Below, piece after piece: positions 14,012-22,839 of a stretch of DNA of 64,000 nucleotides (positions within the stretch are counted from its first letter, which is position 1; each line of letters begins with the position of its first letter). The notes beneath the pieces are model-generated. The model was not told where the DNA came from and did no database searches. It saw only the letters and a program-made list of their open reading frames with translations. Source of the DNA: a virus (taxonomy: Duplodnaviria > Caudoviricetes). The stretch is taken from the IMG/VR virus record IMGVR_UViG_3300034053_000029, positions 64,001-128,000 of that record, one strand, 5' to 3'. Made by a program: the position numbers and the translations under genes.

Positions 14012-14572
14012 TTAAAAGGCTTCTACTCCAAAGTTGTCTAGTAATATTCTGGTCTGTTCGAGAGAATCTTCTAGTGCGTCATGGAATGTCTTGTCGGACT
14101 TTGCTCGAATTGCTCTAACGTCAATCCCCAAAACCTTACATAAAGTTCTCATGTCCATTTCACGATGATAGTCCCAAGGTGCAACCATCTTACACCTTGA
14201 GTAAGCGGTTTTCAATACTGCCGCATCAAAAGAAATTCCGTTTGCCCAAAAACTATACTCTTGACCATCACTAAACCATTGTTCAAATTTCAACAATGCC
14301 TCTTTGATATCGATCTGATTAGTCTGCCAAGAGTGTTGTGCTGTTTTAGATTGCTTTGCCCACCATTCACAAGTGTCTTTGCTAATGTGTAGTCCGACAC
14401 TCTTACAAGAAATTGGATCAATATTCACTTTGAATTTGTCTAGTATGACCGACCCTCGAAAATCAAACTTACATGCGCCTATCGAAACGATACACGCATG
14501 AGTTTCCGTGCTGAGTGTCTCTAGATCGACCATACAACCTTTTATGGTCTGGAATGCTAACAACTCACTCAC
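14012..14572 (-). CDS. DEDDh 3'-5' exonuclease (Rv2179c/ExoVIII-like)
   Basis: MVDLETL; WANGISFD; DMRT; HDALED. Confidence 0.85.
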   Translation of the reverse strand: MSELLAFQTIKGCMVDLETLSTETHACIVSIGACKFDFRGSVILDKFKVNIDPISCKSVGLHISKDTCEWWAKQSKTAQHSWQTNQIDIKEALLKFEQWFSDGQEYSFWANGISFDAAVLKTAYSRCKMVAPWDYHREMDMRTLCKVLGIDVRAIRAKSDKTFHDALEDSLEQTRILLDNFGVEAF

Positions 14573-15129
14573 GATAAGTTTCCAATAATGTCGCAGATAC
14601 CAAACTTCTTAGCCTCTTCTGCATTCAAATATACGTCTTGATGTGGTAACAAGTATTTCTTGATATCTTTTTCGGATATTCCTGTGAATTTTTTATAGTG
14701 CGCCAACATTCTTTCACTAGTTAGGTCGTATTCTCTTGTCGCTGCAATCAACTCATGTTGTTTTCCGACATTACCCCAACTCCAAGTGTGACTCATGATG
14801 CTTGTATTTTTTGTTAAAGTTCTAAATCCCTTTTTTCCTGCTAAGAATATCATCAATCCTGCTGATGCAATTTGTCCTAATCCAATTGTTCTAATTGGAA
14901 TATGCGACCCAATCATCACATCGATAATACTAAATGCTGCATGCATATCACCACCAGGACTATTAATCAGCATATTCAATACTTCAGGTTTATCTTCAGC
15001 AAAATTTGAATCAAATACCCATTGTGTAATTTGTTCCGATCTCTCTAAGCTAACATCACCATACAACATATAAAATGATTGATTTGGTCGCTTGTTGTCC
15101 ATCTGTAAATCATTTAGCTTTAATAGCAT
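14569..15129 (-). CDS. clpP: ClpP-like protease subunit
   Basis: INSPGG; IASAG (catalytic Ser); MSH; YLNAEEAKKFGICD. Confidence 0.9.
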   Translation of the reverse strand: MLLKLNDLQMDNKRPNQSFYMLYGDVSLERSEQITQWVFDSNFAEDKPEVLNMLINSPGGDMHAAFSIIDVMIGSHIPIRTIGLGQIASAGLMIFLAGKKGFRTLTKNTSIMSHTWSWGNVGKQHELIAATREYDLTSERMLAHYKKFTGISEKDIKKYLLPHQDVYLNAEEAKKFGICDIIGNLS

Positions 15130-15186
15130 AGATTCTCCAATTGTATAAATATATCAATAACATAACAAAAAGTATAACTAAAATTC

Positions 15187-15212
15187 GGGAGCTAATTGCT
15201 CCCTTCTTTTTT
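15187..15212 (+). terminator. Terminator hairpin with U-tract on the plus (antisense) strand
   Basis: GGGAGC-TAATT-GCTCCC then TTCTTTTTT. Confidence 0.5.
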
Positions 15213-15380
15213 AGAGTACCCATTCTTGTAGTTATAACCAGTAACAAATCCTTTTGGTGCAGGAATTTGCTTCTCCATAACGAACTCACATCTATGACAG
15301 GTAACAATTTCAGAAGAAGTTCTCACCGACATTTCCTGCAAAATACCACACTGTGGACATTTATAATCAAAAATCAACAT
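15192..15380 (-). CDS. FmdB-like zinc ribbon protein
   Basis: FDYKCPQCG...CHRC. Confidence 0.8.
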   Translation of the reverse strand: MLIFDYKCPQCGILQEMSVRTSSEIVTCHRCEFVMEKQIPAPKGFVTGYNYKNGYSKKEGSN

Positions 15381-15997
15381 TAACTTTCCTTATATGATGA
15401 CATTATTTTATTATAACTGTTAAGTCTATCATCAAGACCATTGTAACCTCCATTGATAGCTTTGGTCAATCCTTTGAAGTCATTTTTATCAACAAATCGA
15501 TTCAGATCGTTCTTTGACCAGTACCAACATGCAGAAGTAATAGACCAAGATGGAGATAAAAGTAAATCTGGATTCGATATGAACTGCTCATTACCAACTG
15601 CCCATTTAGAGAAAGATGAATAATTATTCTTTCCGGTTATCTGTAGGATTCCTCTTCCTCGATATCGATACCCATCGCCAGAAGCAACGTCGCCATTACC
15701 CATTCTATTAGCATAGACTCTATTTGCAATATCCATAGGTTTTCTTGCAAAAAGTTCAGCATCTTTCTCGTTGAAGTATTTTGGAAATACTCGTAGAAGT
15801 CCTTCCTTCGAGTAATTTAAATTCTCAACAAATACCGTAAATCCACCGGACTCGTGACCACATTGAGCAAGAAATGCACAAATTCGATCCTTTGAATCGA
15901 TATTATGTTTAGGTAATATCGAATTCAAATTTTCAACAAATTCTTGGGCATTAGAACATTTTGGGAACCAAGATTTAAATTGCAAAAGATTTATCAC
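15380..15997 (-). CDS. GH19 chitinase-class endolysin
   Basis: FLAQCGHESGG; ENLNYS; YRGRGILQITGKNNY; INGGYNGLDDR. Confidence 0.92.
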   Translation of the reverse strand: MINLLQFKSWFPKCSNAQEFVENLNSILPKHNIDSKDRICAFLAQCGHESGGFTVFVENLNYSKEGLLRVFPKYFNEKDAELFARKPMDIANRVYANRMGNGDVASGDGYRYRGRGILQITGKNNYSSFSKWAVGNEQFISNPDLLLSPSWSITSACWYWSKNDLNRFVDKNDFKGLTKAINGGYNGLDDRLNSYNKIMSSYKES

Positions 15998-16737
15998 ATC
16001 AACCCCTCAACAGTTAGAATAAGTTCTTTACAGAATCCTGATCGACAAATATCTTGTGGATAGAAATGAATAACGTCGAACCAATTAGGCATTTTTTGAG
16101 TAACATTCAACAACCAATCGAAGCACGATTCTTCTTTTCGTTTATTTAGATCGGTTTGTTTGGTATCACCCAAAAGAATGACTTGACAATTCTCACCAAC
16201 ACGAGTTAATACGCTATAGATTTCTTGGACATTGGCGTTTTGAAATTCATCTACGATAACGATACAATCATCTAGAGTAATTCCTCTAACATATGACGTT
16301 GTAATAAACTCAACCATTTCCTTTTTGGTGAGTACTTCCCAAGCAGTACCGTTTGCACACATTTGATTAATCAACTGCTTGTATGGTATTTTATATGGAT
16401 CGGCCTTTTCTTCAAGACTGCCAGGAAGGAATCCTAGATCACGGCTTGCTACTGCACTTCTAACGATTACGATCTTTTTTGTCTTTCTAGCAAAAAGTTG
16501 CACCAAGGCATGATTTATTGCACAATACGATTTTCCAGTTCCTGCGCTTCCATGGGCAACTACATTCATACCCTCTTGCATTGCATACATCATTTGCCTC
16601 TGACCTTCGGTTAATGCACTAAATCCTTCTTTGAGAGCTAGATGATCCTTATTTATTGCTTGTCTTGGTGAGTAGCTTTTTGATGGTTGGGCAGATGGTT
16701 TCTTTGTCTTTCTTTCCTTGGTGATAGATGTTTGCAT
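15994..16737 (-). CDS. phoH: PhoH-family ATPase
   Basis: GSAGTGKS; YVRGITLD; VDEFQN; GDTKQTD. Confidence 0.93.
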   Translation of the reverse strand: MQTSITKERKTKKPSAQPSKSYSPRQAINKDHLALKEGFSALTEGQRQMMYAMQEGMNVVAHGSAGTGKSYCAINHALVQLFARKTKKIVIVRSAVASRDLGFLPGSLEEKADPYKIPYKQLINQMCANGTAWEVLTKKEMVEFITTSYVRGITLDDCIVIVDEFQNANVQEIYSVLTRVGENCQVILLGDTKQTDLNKRKEESCFDWLLNVTQKMPNWFDVIHFYPQDICRSGFCKELILTVEGLM

Positions 16738-16760
16738 GGGTTCCTTTATTATTGTTGTTA

Positions 16761-17033
16761 TTAAATCTTACTGATGGTTGATGAAGTTGCAAGATTCGAC
16801 CCAGGAGTTCTTTCGTGGATACGTTTCAAAAGTGAATTAAACTCATTACTAGGTTTCTTTAGCCCAAGTCGAGTCGGATCGCCAAATGACGGCATTTCTA
16901 CCTTTTTAGCAACCTTACCAATAACTCCACATGAAGGACAAGGATTATTTACAGGAATATCTCTTTCAGATATTACATGTTTTTCTTCCCATTCATTTGA
17001 ACAGGAATCACATATATAATTATAATACGGCAT
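16761..17033 (-). CDS. FmdB-like zinc ribbon protein
   Basis: MPYYNYICDSC...CPSC; start re-called at 17033. Confidence 0.8.
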   Translation of the reverse strand: MPYYNYICDSCSNEWEEKHVISERDIPVNNPCPSCGVIGKVAKKVEMPSFGDPTRLGLKKPSNEFNSLLKRIHERTPGSNLATSSTISKI

Positions 17034-17163
17034 TTTGCTCAGTCTTAATACGAAATACGTTCCACTTGGTCTGATATGTTTTAAATAATTCTTCAATTAT
17101 CCATTTTGATTTACTCATAACATGTATCTTTTGCGTTAGAGAATCTACGATCATGTATTTCAT
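17020..17163 (-). CDS. 47-aa hypothetical (MKYMIVDSLTQKIHV...)
   Basis: AAGGAG SD; fills gap. Confidence 0.55.
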   Translation of the reverse strand: MKYMIVDSLTQKIHVMSKSKWIIEELFKTYQTKWNVFRIKTEQNAVL

Positions 17164-17180
17164 ATAATGCTCCTTGAAAA

Positions 17181-17621
17181 TTATTTAACGTATTGTGGGA
17201 GTACCTCTTGAACAAGTTCCTTAGTAAGCCATGGATAAATTTCATGCAATGCTTTATCTTTAGCGGAAACTAAAATATCTGCTTCTTTTGGATTGATGCC
17301 TTCAAGCAACTGAATAAACACTTGCTCTTTTTTAATTTGTCTTGTTCTTGTGTCGGACTTTAGACAAAGCATAATTCTCTTGATACAGGATGCCAATGGT
17401 GCATATAGGTCTTGGTGGTCTGATTCATTACGATTATAAGGTGGCATTCCTTCTGGCAAAGAAAATATGACAGTAGAATCAAAATTCATTGCAAGCAAAT
17501 AATTTAGTGGTGGTAGTTGACCATAATCCCACAGGGTCGCTTTTCTATTATCCGATTTCTCGATAGCCTCAAAAAATTCGTGAGCGAATTTGGGCTTAAT
17601 ATTCTTATACTCTTTCATCAA
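17181..17621 (-). CDS. T4-like conserved hypothetical protein
   Basis: LPEGMPPY...FIQLLEGINPKEA motif adjacent to rnh. Confidence 0.8.
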   Translation of the reverse strand: MMKEYKNIKPKFAHEFFEAIEKSDNRKATLWDYGQLPPLNYLLAMNFDSTVIFSLPEGMPPYNRNESDHQDLYAPLASCIKRIMLCLKSDTRTRQIKKEQVFIQLLEGINPKEADILVSAKDKALHEIYPWLTKELVQEVLPQYVK

Positions 17622-18520
17622 AATTCTCCTATATGTTCAAACAACTGTTTGCATCTATGTGTAGATAGATAGCTCATGATTTTACTTTTTGAACCACTGA
17701 TTTCATATCCTATATATGTATCCACTATAGATTTCTCGATATCTGGTGGAATGAAATCAAAATCGATAAGAAGTTGATTTCGATTCCAATTTCTTTTTTC
17801 TTGATCAGTCACACAGGCATTTCTACCTTTTTCAAGAAACTTCTGCAGATACTCTTTTTTAATTGGAGTTTGTCTGATCTGTTCCGCAATGCAATTATCA
17901 TTACTCAATATATTGGGTATCGCATCGTCCGAGGCTTTTACGATGTGTTCAATAACAAATTCACGAAGCGGAACGTCTGGAGAAATATATTTACATTTTC
18001 GTGGTGCCCATTGCCTAATATTTTTATACTTCTGAAGCTGAAAGAAGTCCATATCCTCACTAACAATTAGAATGTCTTTTGGTTTATCCATCATCCCAAT
18101 CTGAGTAGTATAATTTTCCTGACTCCATTTGCATAATATCGCAATGATATCATCTGCCTCTGCTCTATCAACTTCAATAACTTTAAACCTGAAATTATCT
18201 TTAATATCTTGTTTAAGATTGTTCAATGTTTCGGATAAGAATTTCCAATCCACTTTGGATTTTTCACGGTTACGCTTTCGATCCCCTTTATAGAATGGGA
18301 ATACTTCTCGTCTCCAATAATTTCTACTATCACAACAAATTACTAGGTCGCCAAATTCTTTAAACTTCTTCTTGTATGAGACTATTGAAGATAAAACAAG
18401 ATGGCGAATAGCAGACTTATTATCGTCACTTTCAACAAGCGATTCCCCTGCAAAAGCAGAGAGAACCGCATTGATCGAAACCTGATTATAGTCAAATAAA
18501 ATAATTTTTGTTACTCCCAA
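17618..18520 (-). CDS. rnh: T4-type RNase H (5'-3' exonuclease)
   Basis: CCDSRNYWRR..FP.YK; AEADD; SEDMDF.QL; DAIPNI. Confidence 0.92.
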   Translation of the reverse strand: MGVTKIILFDYNQVSINAVLSAFAGESLVESDDNKSAIRHLVLSSIVSYKKKFKEFGDLVICCDSRNYWRREVFPFYKGDRKRNREKSKVDWKFLSETLNNLKQDIKDNFRFKVIEVDRAEADDIIAILCKWSQENYTTQIGMMDKPKDILIVSEDMDFFQLQKYKNIRQWAPRKCKYISPDVPLREFVIEHIVKASDDAIPNILSNDNCIAEQIRQTPIKKEYLQKFLEKGRNACVTDQEKRNWNRNQLLIDFDFIPPDIEKSIVDTYIGYEISGSKSKIMSYLSTHRCKQLFEHIGEF

Positions 18521-18526
18521 ATCGAA

Positions 18527-18919
18527 TCATTGAATTTTAAGATGCTCACCAAACTTCGACTTGAACATTTCAACATACGCATCTGCAAGTTGGGATGCAA
18601 TTGGCAACTGTTTAGCACTAACAATCTTACCACTAGTAATTTGTGCCACCATTGCTTCACGCCAAATCAAATCCAAATTGACTACAGGCTTATATGTTTC
18701 CTTAGCTTGCCACACACTAGGATTTGGATTTGATTTTTGTTCTGGATTACCTTTTGGTTCTTTATCAACTTCTGGTACATTTTTTAATGCAGCTAGGTTC
18801 GCTTTTCTAACTTCACGAGCTTTAGCTAGACCCTCAAGTTGCTTTTGCTTCCTCTCGTCGAACCTTGAGGTAAGCACATCGGTTGTTGCTTGAATCTTCA
18901 TTTCATCTGGATCAGTCAT
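18527..18919 (-). CDS. Hypothetical protein
   Basis: GAGG SD; 130 aa. Confidence 0.7.
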   Translation of the reverse strand: MTDPDEMKIQATTDVLTSRFDERKQKQLEGLAKAREVRKANLAALKNVPEVDKEPKGNPEQKSNPNPSVWQAKETYKPVVNLDLIWREAMVAQITSGKIVSAKQLPIASQLADAYVEMFKSKFGEHLKIQ

Positions 18920-18954
18920 AATTTCCTCACGTTATTTGCTGCACACAATGGTAT

Positions 18955-19122
18955 TTATTCATCTGTCTGAGTGAATGCATCCTTAGTTCTCTTGGTTCCC
19001 TTATTTCTAAAATAGGTAGACGAACTAGGATTCCACCAAGAGTTTTTCTTAGCCTTACAACGTGATCCATTGATGTTGAATGGTTGTGCTGCAGGATTTG
19101 ATGGGTGGTTCTTATATTGCAT
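18955..19122 (-). CDS. 55-aa basic hypothetical (MQYKNHPSNPAAQP...)
   Basis: AAGGAG SD; below track cutoff. Confidence 0.55.
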   Translation of the reverse strand: MQYKNHPSNPAAQPFNINGSRCKAKKNSWWNPSSSTYFRNKGTKRTKDAFTQTDE

Positions 19123-19131
19123 ATATTCTCC

Positions 19132-19407
19132 TTATGCGTTTTGTACTGCGTCCCAAAGGGCAGAAAAGTCTTCAAACTCAACTTCTTTTTTCTCGAAGTC
19201 TGCACGATGTTGATGACGAATGAGTGCAGAGATTGTGGCTTTTGGAAGCTCGAACTCTTCGACGGCAGTTTCGATAATTGACTTTAGTTGATCTTTCTCA
19301 GAATCAATACGAAGAAGACAATCACACCCTTCTTGCACGAATCCCTTTAGCTTCTTCAGATCGGCAGGATTTGTTGGAATGATGATGGTTTTAGTTGCGT
19401 TTGTCAT
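19132..19407 (-). CDS. dsbA: DsbA-like double-stranded DNA-binding protein
   Basis: LRIDSEKDQLKSI..AVEEFELPK motif; position next to rnh. Confidence 0.75.
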   Translation of the reverse strand: MTNATKTIIIPTNPADLKKLKGFVQEGCDCLLRIDSEKDQLKSIIETAVEEFELPKATISALIRHQHRADFEKKEVEFEDFSALWDAVQNA

Positions 19408-19409
19408 AT

Positions 19410-19664
19410 TTAAATTGAACCTTTCACATAAAATTGGATAACAGAGTCTTTTCTAAAAGACCTCCATGCTTGCTTCTCTACATCAAAAACTCTAACTACT
19501 TCATCGGACAAGTGTCGCTTAGTTCCTTGTCCATCCTCATATTCTACTTTAGGAAGAACATCCTCGTCAAGAGTACAAACCATATTTCTTTTTGACCCAT
19601 CGACTTTCGTAAATTCAACACAAACTTCATTATTTTTCAGCAACTTAATCAAATCTTCAATCAT
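19410..19664 (-). CDS. WYL-like/SH3-like small protein (T4-like conserved)
   Basis: VEFTKVDGSKRNMVCTL...VFDVEKQAWRSFR; start re-called at 19664. Confidence 0.8.
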   Translation of the reverse strand: MIEDLIKLLKNNEVCVEFTKVDGSKRNMVCTLDEDVLPKVEYEDGQGTKRHLSDEVVRVFDVEKQAWRSFRKDSVIQFYVKGSI

Positions 19665-19692
19665 AAATACCTCACAAAGAAAAGGAACCCAC

Positions 19693-20142
19693 ATGTGGAA
19701 ATACAAAGGCAAAGAAATCACTGATGAAGACATTAAAGAATCTTATATCGGATTCATCTACCTCATTACTCAAAAATCTACTGGTAAAAAATACATCGGT
19801 AAAAAACTTCTAACTTCTGCTGCAACAAAAACTGTCAACGGAAAAAAGAAAAAGATCAGAAAACCTAGTGACTGGAAAAATTACTGGTCATCGTCACCAT
19901 CCATCAAAGAACTCATAGAGCAATGTGGAGAATCGGATTTTGACCGTGAAATCTTAGTGTTCTGTTCTAGCAAAGGATCACTCCTATATAACGAAGAAAT
20001 GGCACTATACATGGTTGGTGCATTAGAAGATGATGTATGGATAAACGCAAACATCCGTAGTAAAGTTTATTCTTCTTGGGTAAAGAAAGACGAATCAGTT
20101 GAACTAAGACAAACCATTAGGGCATTATCTATTTCAGCTTAG
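19693..20142 (+). CDS. GIY-YIG endonuclease
   Basis: GFIYLIT...KKYIGKK; DWKNYWSSS; REIL. Confidence 0.85.
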   Translation: MWKYKGKEITDEDIKESYIGFIYLITQKSTGKKYIGKKLLTSAATKTVNGKKKKIRKPSDWKNYWSSSPSIKELIEQCGESDFDREILVFCSSKGSLLYNEEMALYMVGALEDDVWINANIRSKVYSSWVKKDESVELRQTIRALSISA

Positions 20143-20279
20143 TCATCTTCAAACTCATTTGATTCTTCTTGAGCTAGTTCTGCTCCGCATGACGGACAAT
20201 AAGTTACGTCAAATCCTTTTGGCATATTAATCGTAAAATTAGCATCACACTCATAACACAAATATTCTCTTTTTGGCAT
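20139..20279 (-). CDS. 46-aa zinc ribbon protein (CYEC...CPSCG)
   Basis: GGAG SD; below track cutoff. Confidence 0.65.
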   Translation of the reverse strand: MPKREYLCYECDANFTINMPKGFDVTYCPSCGAELAQEESNEFEDD

Positions 20280-20281
20280 TT

Positions 20282-20581
20282 CTAGTCTCCGTTAACAAAC
20301 ACATTGGGTGATCCATTAGCGGCAACTTCATCACAACTAATACTATCTCCTGCCCTATGGATTGGTGTGTTATTTATAAGAACATTTGGTGAACCGCTAG
20401 TAGCAGTTTCTTTAGTTTCTGGATCATGATCTGTGATGTGATCGACGTATTCGTTACCAACAATAACTGCAAGTATTCCATTAACATATACGTTAGATGA
20501 ATTTCCTTGTGATGTTACTCTTGGTTCAAATGGATCATGCCCAGCCGACTCATCTACACCTTGTCTAATTACTTTTGGCAC
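20282..20581 (-). CDS. 5.4: PAAR baseplate spike-tip protein (gp5.4-like)
   Basis: GH...SGSPNVLINNTPIHRAGD..SC....GSPNVFVNG. Confidence 0.88.
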   Translation of the reverse strand: MPKVIRQGVDESAGHDPFEPRVTSQGNSSNVYVNGILAVIVGNEYVDHITDHDPETKETATSGSPNVLINNTPIHRAGDSISCDEVAANGSPNVFVNGD

Positions 20582-20816
20582 GTTTAACCTCTATCCATAG
20601 CATCGTATTTTCCATCACCAAATAAGAGAATATAGCAAGTAAACTTGTTTCTTTATCACAATCTGATAAATTTTCACTATTTATGATATTTTGATATTGT
20701 TCAATTGCTCCTAGAATCGCTACTTGCTTAACAGAATCATAATTAAATGACTCGAAATCAATTGGCTTTTCCAAGGCAATTTCATCTACCAATTCGGAGA
20801 TATATTCAATCTTCAT
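20565..20816 (-). CDS. Hypothetical protein
   Basis: 83-aa coupled ORF. Confidence 0.7.
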   Translation of the reverse strand: MKIEYISELVDEIALEKPIDFESFNYDSVKQVAILGAIEQYQNIINSENLSDCDKETSLLAIFSYLVMENTMLWIEVKRAKSN

Positions 20817-21435
20817 TTGATTTTAGCTTCTTTTTTGAAATAATCATATGCTTATTTCTTGTAGATTCATCATATTTTTCTTCTGAAAATGATTTTGATA
20901 AGTGATCTTCCATAACTTCATGAGTAGTCTTATGTAACTTATTACCATCCCAATGATATACATGATGTCCGGAATCTAATGCACGTTTAACTATCCTATG
21001 CCAAAGTTTATGTCCCTCGGTATATTGTTCATCTGACGAACGTAATGGATTCTTGCTTTTCAAAAAATGATTCCAGATAACATTTGTTGCATGTCCTTTT
21101 GGTAAATCAGAATTATCTTTTGTGTGTTGTCTACTTACTTGTTTTTGTTGATCGTGTTTATATGGAAACTCTTTAGTTGGTTCAACTTCGTTCACCGCAG
21201 TTTGATGTAATGCTTCTTTTTTGTTATGGTCTAACGTAGTGTATGTAGTCGAAGAATTGTCACCAAACTTAGATTTATCGATATGAACCTTGATATTGTC
21301 TGTAATGTTTTCGTGTTGCTTATCTTTTTTATGCCTATCATACAATACCAACCTATTTGGTTTACTATCAAATAACGAATACGGTCTACCTATATTGACT
21401 GCCATCTCTTTTATTAATTGTAAATATGATTTCAT
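20806..21435 (-). CDS. His/Lys-rich protein, candidate internal head protein
   Basis: N-terminus MKSYLQLIKE; SDEQYTEGHKLW motif. Confidence 0.7.
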   Translation of the reverse strand: MKSYLQLIKEMAVNIGRPYSLFDSKPNRLVLYDRHKKDKQHENITDNIKVHIDKSKFGDNSSTTYTTLDHNKKEALHQTAVNEVEPTKEFPYKHDQQKQVSRQHTKDNSDLPKGHATNVIWNHFLKSKNPLRSSDEQYTEGHKLWHRIVKRALDSGHHVYHWDGNKLHKTTHEVMEDHLSKSFSEEKYDESTRNKHMIISKKKLKSNED

Positions 21436-21734
21436 ATTGAAACACTTTCCCCGTTAGTTGATATTGATATCGATTTTATTTCATTATTTTCATAATGTAT
21501 CAAATATTTAACACCATTTCTTTCAAATTCTAACCCATTCATCATATCAAAATAAAAGAAACCACGATCTAATATTTTATATAGGGACGAATTTATATTC
21601 TTGTTAGATAAATCTAATGTTTTAATAGCAGAGAGTATGAGATTTACATAACTAGAATCTATAATGTCTAAAAAAGGAATCATGGACATTATAGATTCTT
21701 GGTCGAACTTGCCGTTAATTACGGAGTCTTTCAT
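21432..21734 (-). CDS. Hypothetical protein
   Basis: 100-aa coupled ORF. Confidence 0.65.
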   Translation of the reverse strand: MKDSVINGKFDQESIMSMIPFLDIIDSSYVNLILSAIKTLDLSNKNINSSLYKILDRGFFYFDMMNGLEFERNGVKYLIHYENNEIKSISISTNGESVSI

Positions 21735-21955
21735 GCTTCTAGCAATAGCTTAGAAATATTTTCCACGCCACCTTGAATCAACATTCCATCTTGGTAGAAT
21801 TGTGGAACTGATCTATGACCTTCGGACAAAAGAAACTCTCTAGCAGAAAGAGTTTCATCTATCTTTATTTCGTTAAATTGGATGTTCTTAGAACGTAGTA
21901 TCATTTTCGCACTATCACATGCAGGACAATTGTTTTTTGAATATACTGTAATCAT
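21731..21955 (-). CDS. Glutaredoxin (NrdH/NrdC-like)
   Basis: CPAC; RSVPQF. Confidence 0.9.
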   Translation of the reverse strand: MITVYSKNNCPACDSAKMILRSKNIQFNEIKIDETLSAREFLLSEGHRSVPQFYQDGMLIQGGVENISKLLLEA

Positions 21956-21980
21956 ATTTTTCTCCTTAAAATAAAAATCA

Positions 21981-22053
21981 TATAAATATACTTGTGGATC
22001 ACGGTTCTGTCAAACCCATCCACTCTAGACATTCTACATTGAAAGGAACCAAT
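21981..22053 (+). promoter_or_regulatory. Late promoter plus conserved structured leader, copy 2
   Basis: TATAAATA; GTGGAT-CAC-GGTT-loop-AACC-C-ATCCAC; CTAGACATTCTA; AAAGGA. Confidence 0.78.
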
Positions 22054-22839
22054 ATGTCCAGCGAAACTATTTATACATCAGAAAAAATTCTCCCATACGT
22101 CTATATTTGTATCCACAAAACCACCGAAGAGTTTTATATCGGATATAGAAGTGCAAATAAAGTTCCATCTAGCGAAGATTTGGGTAAAGTATACTTTACT
22201 AGCTCGAAACGAGTAAAACCAATATTCGAAGAATTTAATTTTTACATTATAGCAGAATTTTTTGATTCTAACGATGCATATAACCACGAACAAACTTTAA
22301 TAAAAGATCATTTTAATGATGCTCTATGTATAAATCAACACTACATTTCTCCAGACAATTTTTACGGTAAATTTAATCCAGGAACAACAAAAATAAGTAG
22401 AGAAAAAGCAAAAAGTAGAATGTTGTCTGAACACAATCCTTGTTACAACCAATCAAAAGAAACTAAGAATAAATTATCTAGTATTGTTTCGCTCAGAAAT
22501 TCAAAATTAACATCGGATGAAAAGAAACTAAAGTACGGCAATTATGCCGAAACCAATGGATTCTACAAAAAGAAGCATTCAGAAGACACAATTTTGATAT
22601 TAAGAGAGAAAAACACTAGATACGAATACAAATTAATTTCACCATCAGGAGAAATTTTTACAACATTATCTCTTAAAAACTTTTGCAATGAACATAATTT
22701 AAATAGACAGAGTTTAAATAGATTTATGAATAAAGGAAAAGTACCACCAGCTAGAATTGACGCAAAAGAACAAAGAATCAACACAAGCGGGTGGGAAGTA
22801 TGCATATTAAATGAGACACCCACCCGCCATGCAAGATAG
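22054..22839 (+). CDS. GIY-YIG-like homing endonuclease
   Basis: PYVYIC...FYIGYR...YFTSSK; NUMOD-like FYKKKHSE; start ATG 22054. Confidence 0.82.
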   Translation: MSSETIYTSEKILPYVYICIHKTTEEFYIGYRSANKVPSSEDLGKVYFTSSKRVKPIFEEFNFYIIAEFFDSNDAYNHEQTLIKDHFNDALCINQHYISPDNFYGKFNPGTTKISREKAKSRMLSEHNPCYNQSKETKNKLSSIVSLRNSKLTSDEKKLKYGNYAETNGFYKKKHSEDTILILREKNTRYEYKLISPSGEIFTTLSLKNFCNEHNLNRQSLNRFMNKGKVPPARIDAKEQRINTSGWEVCILNETPTRHAR

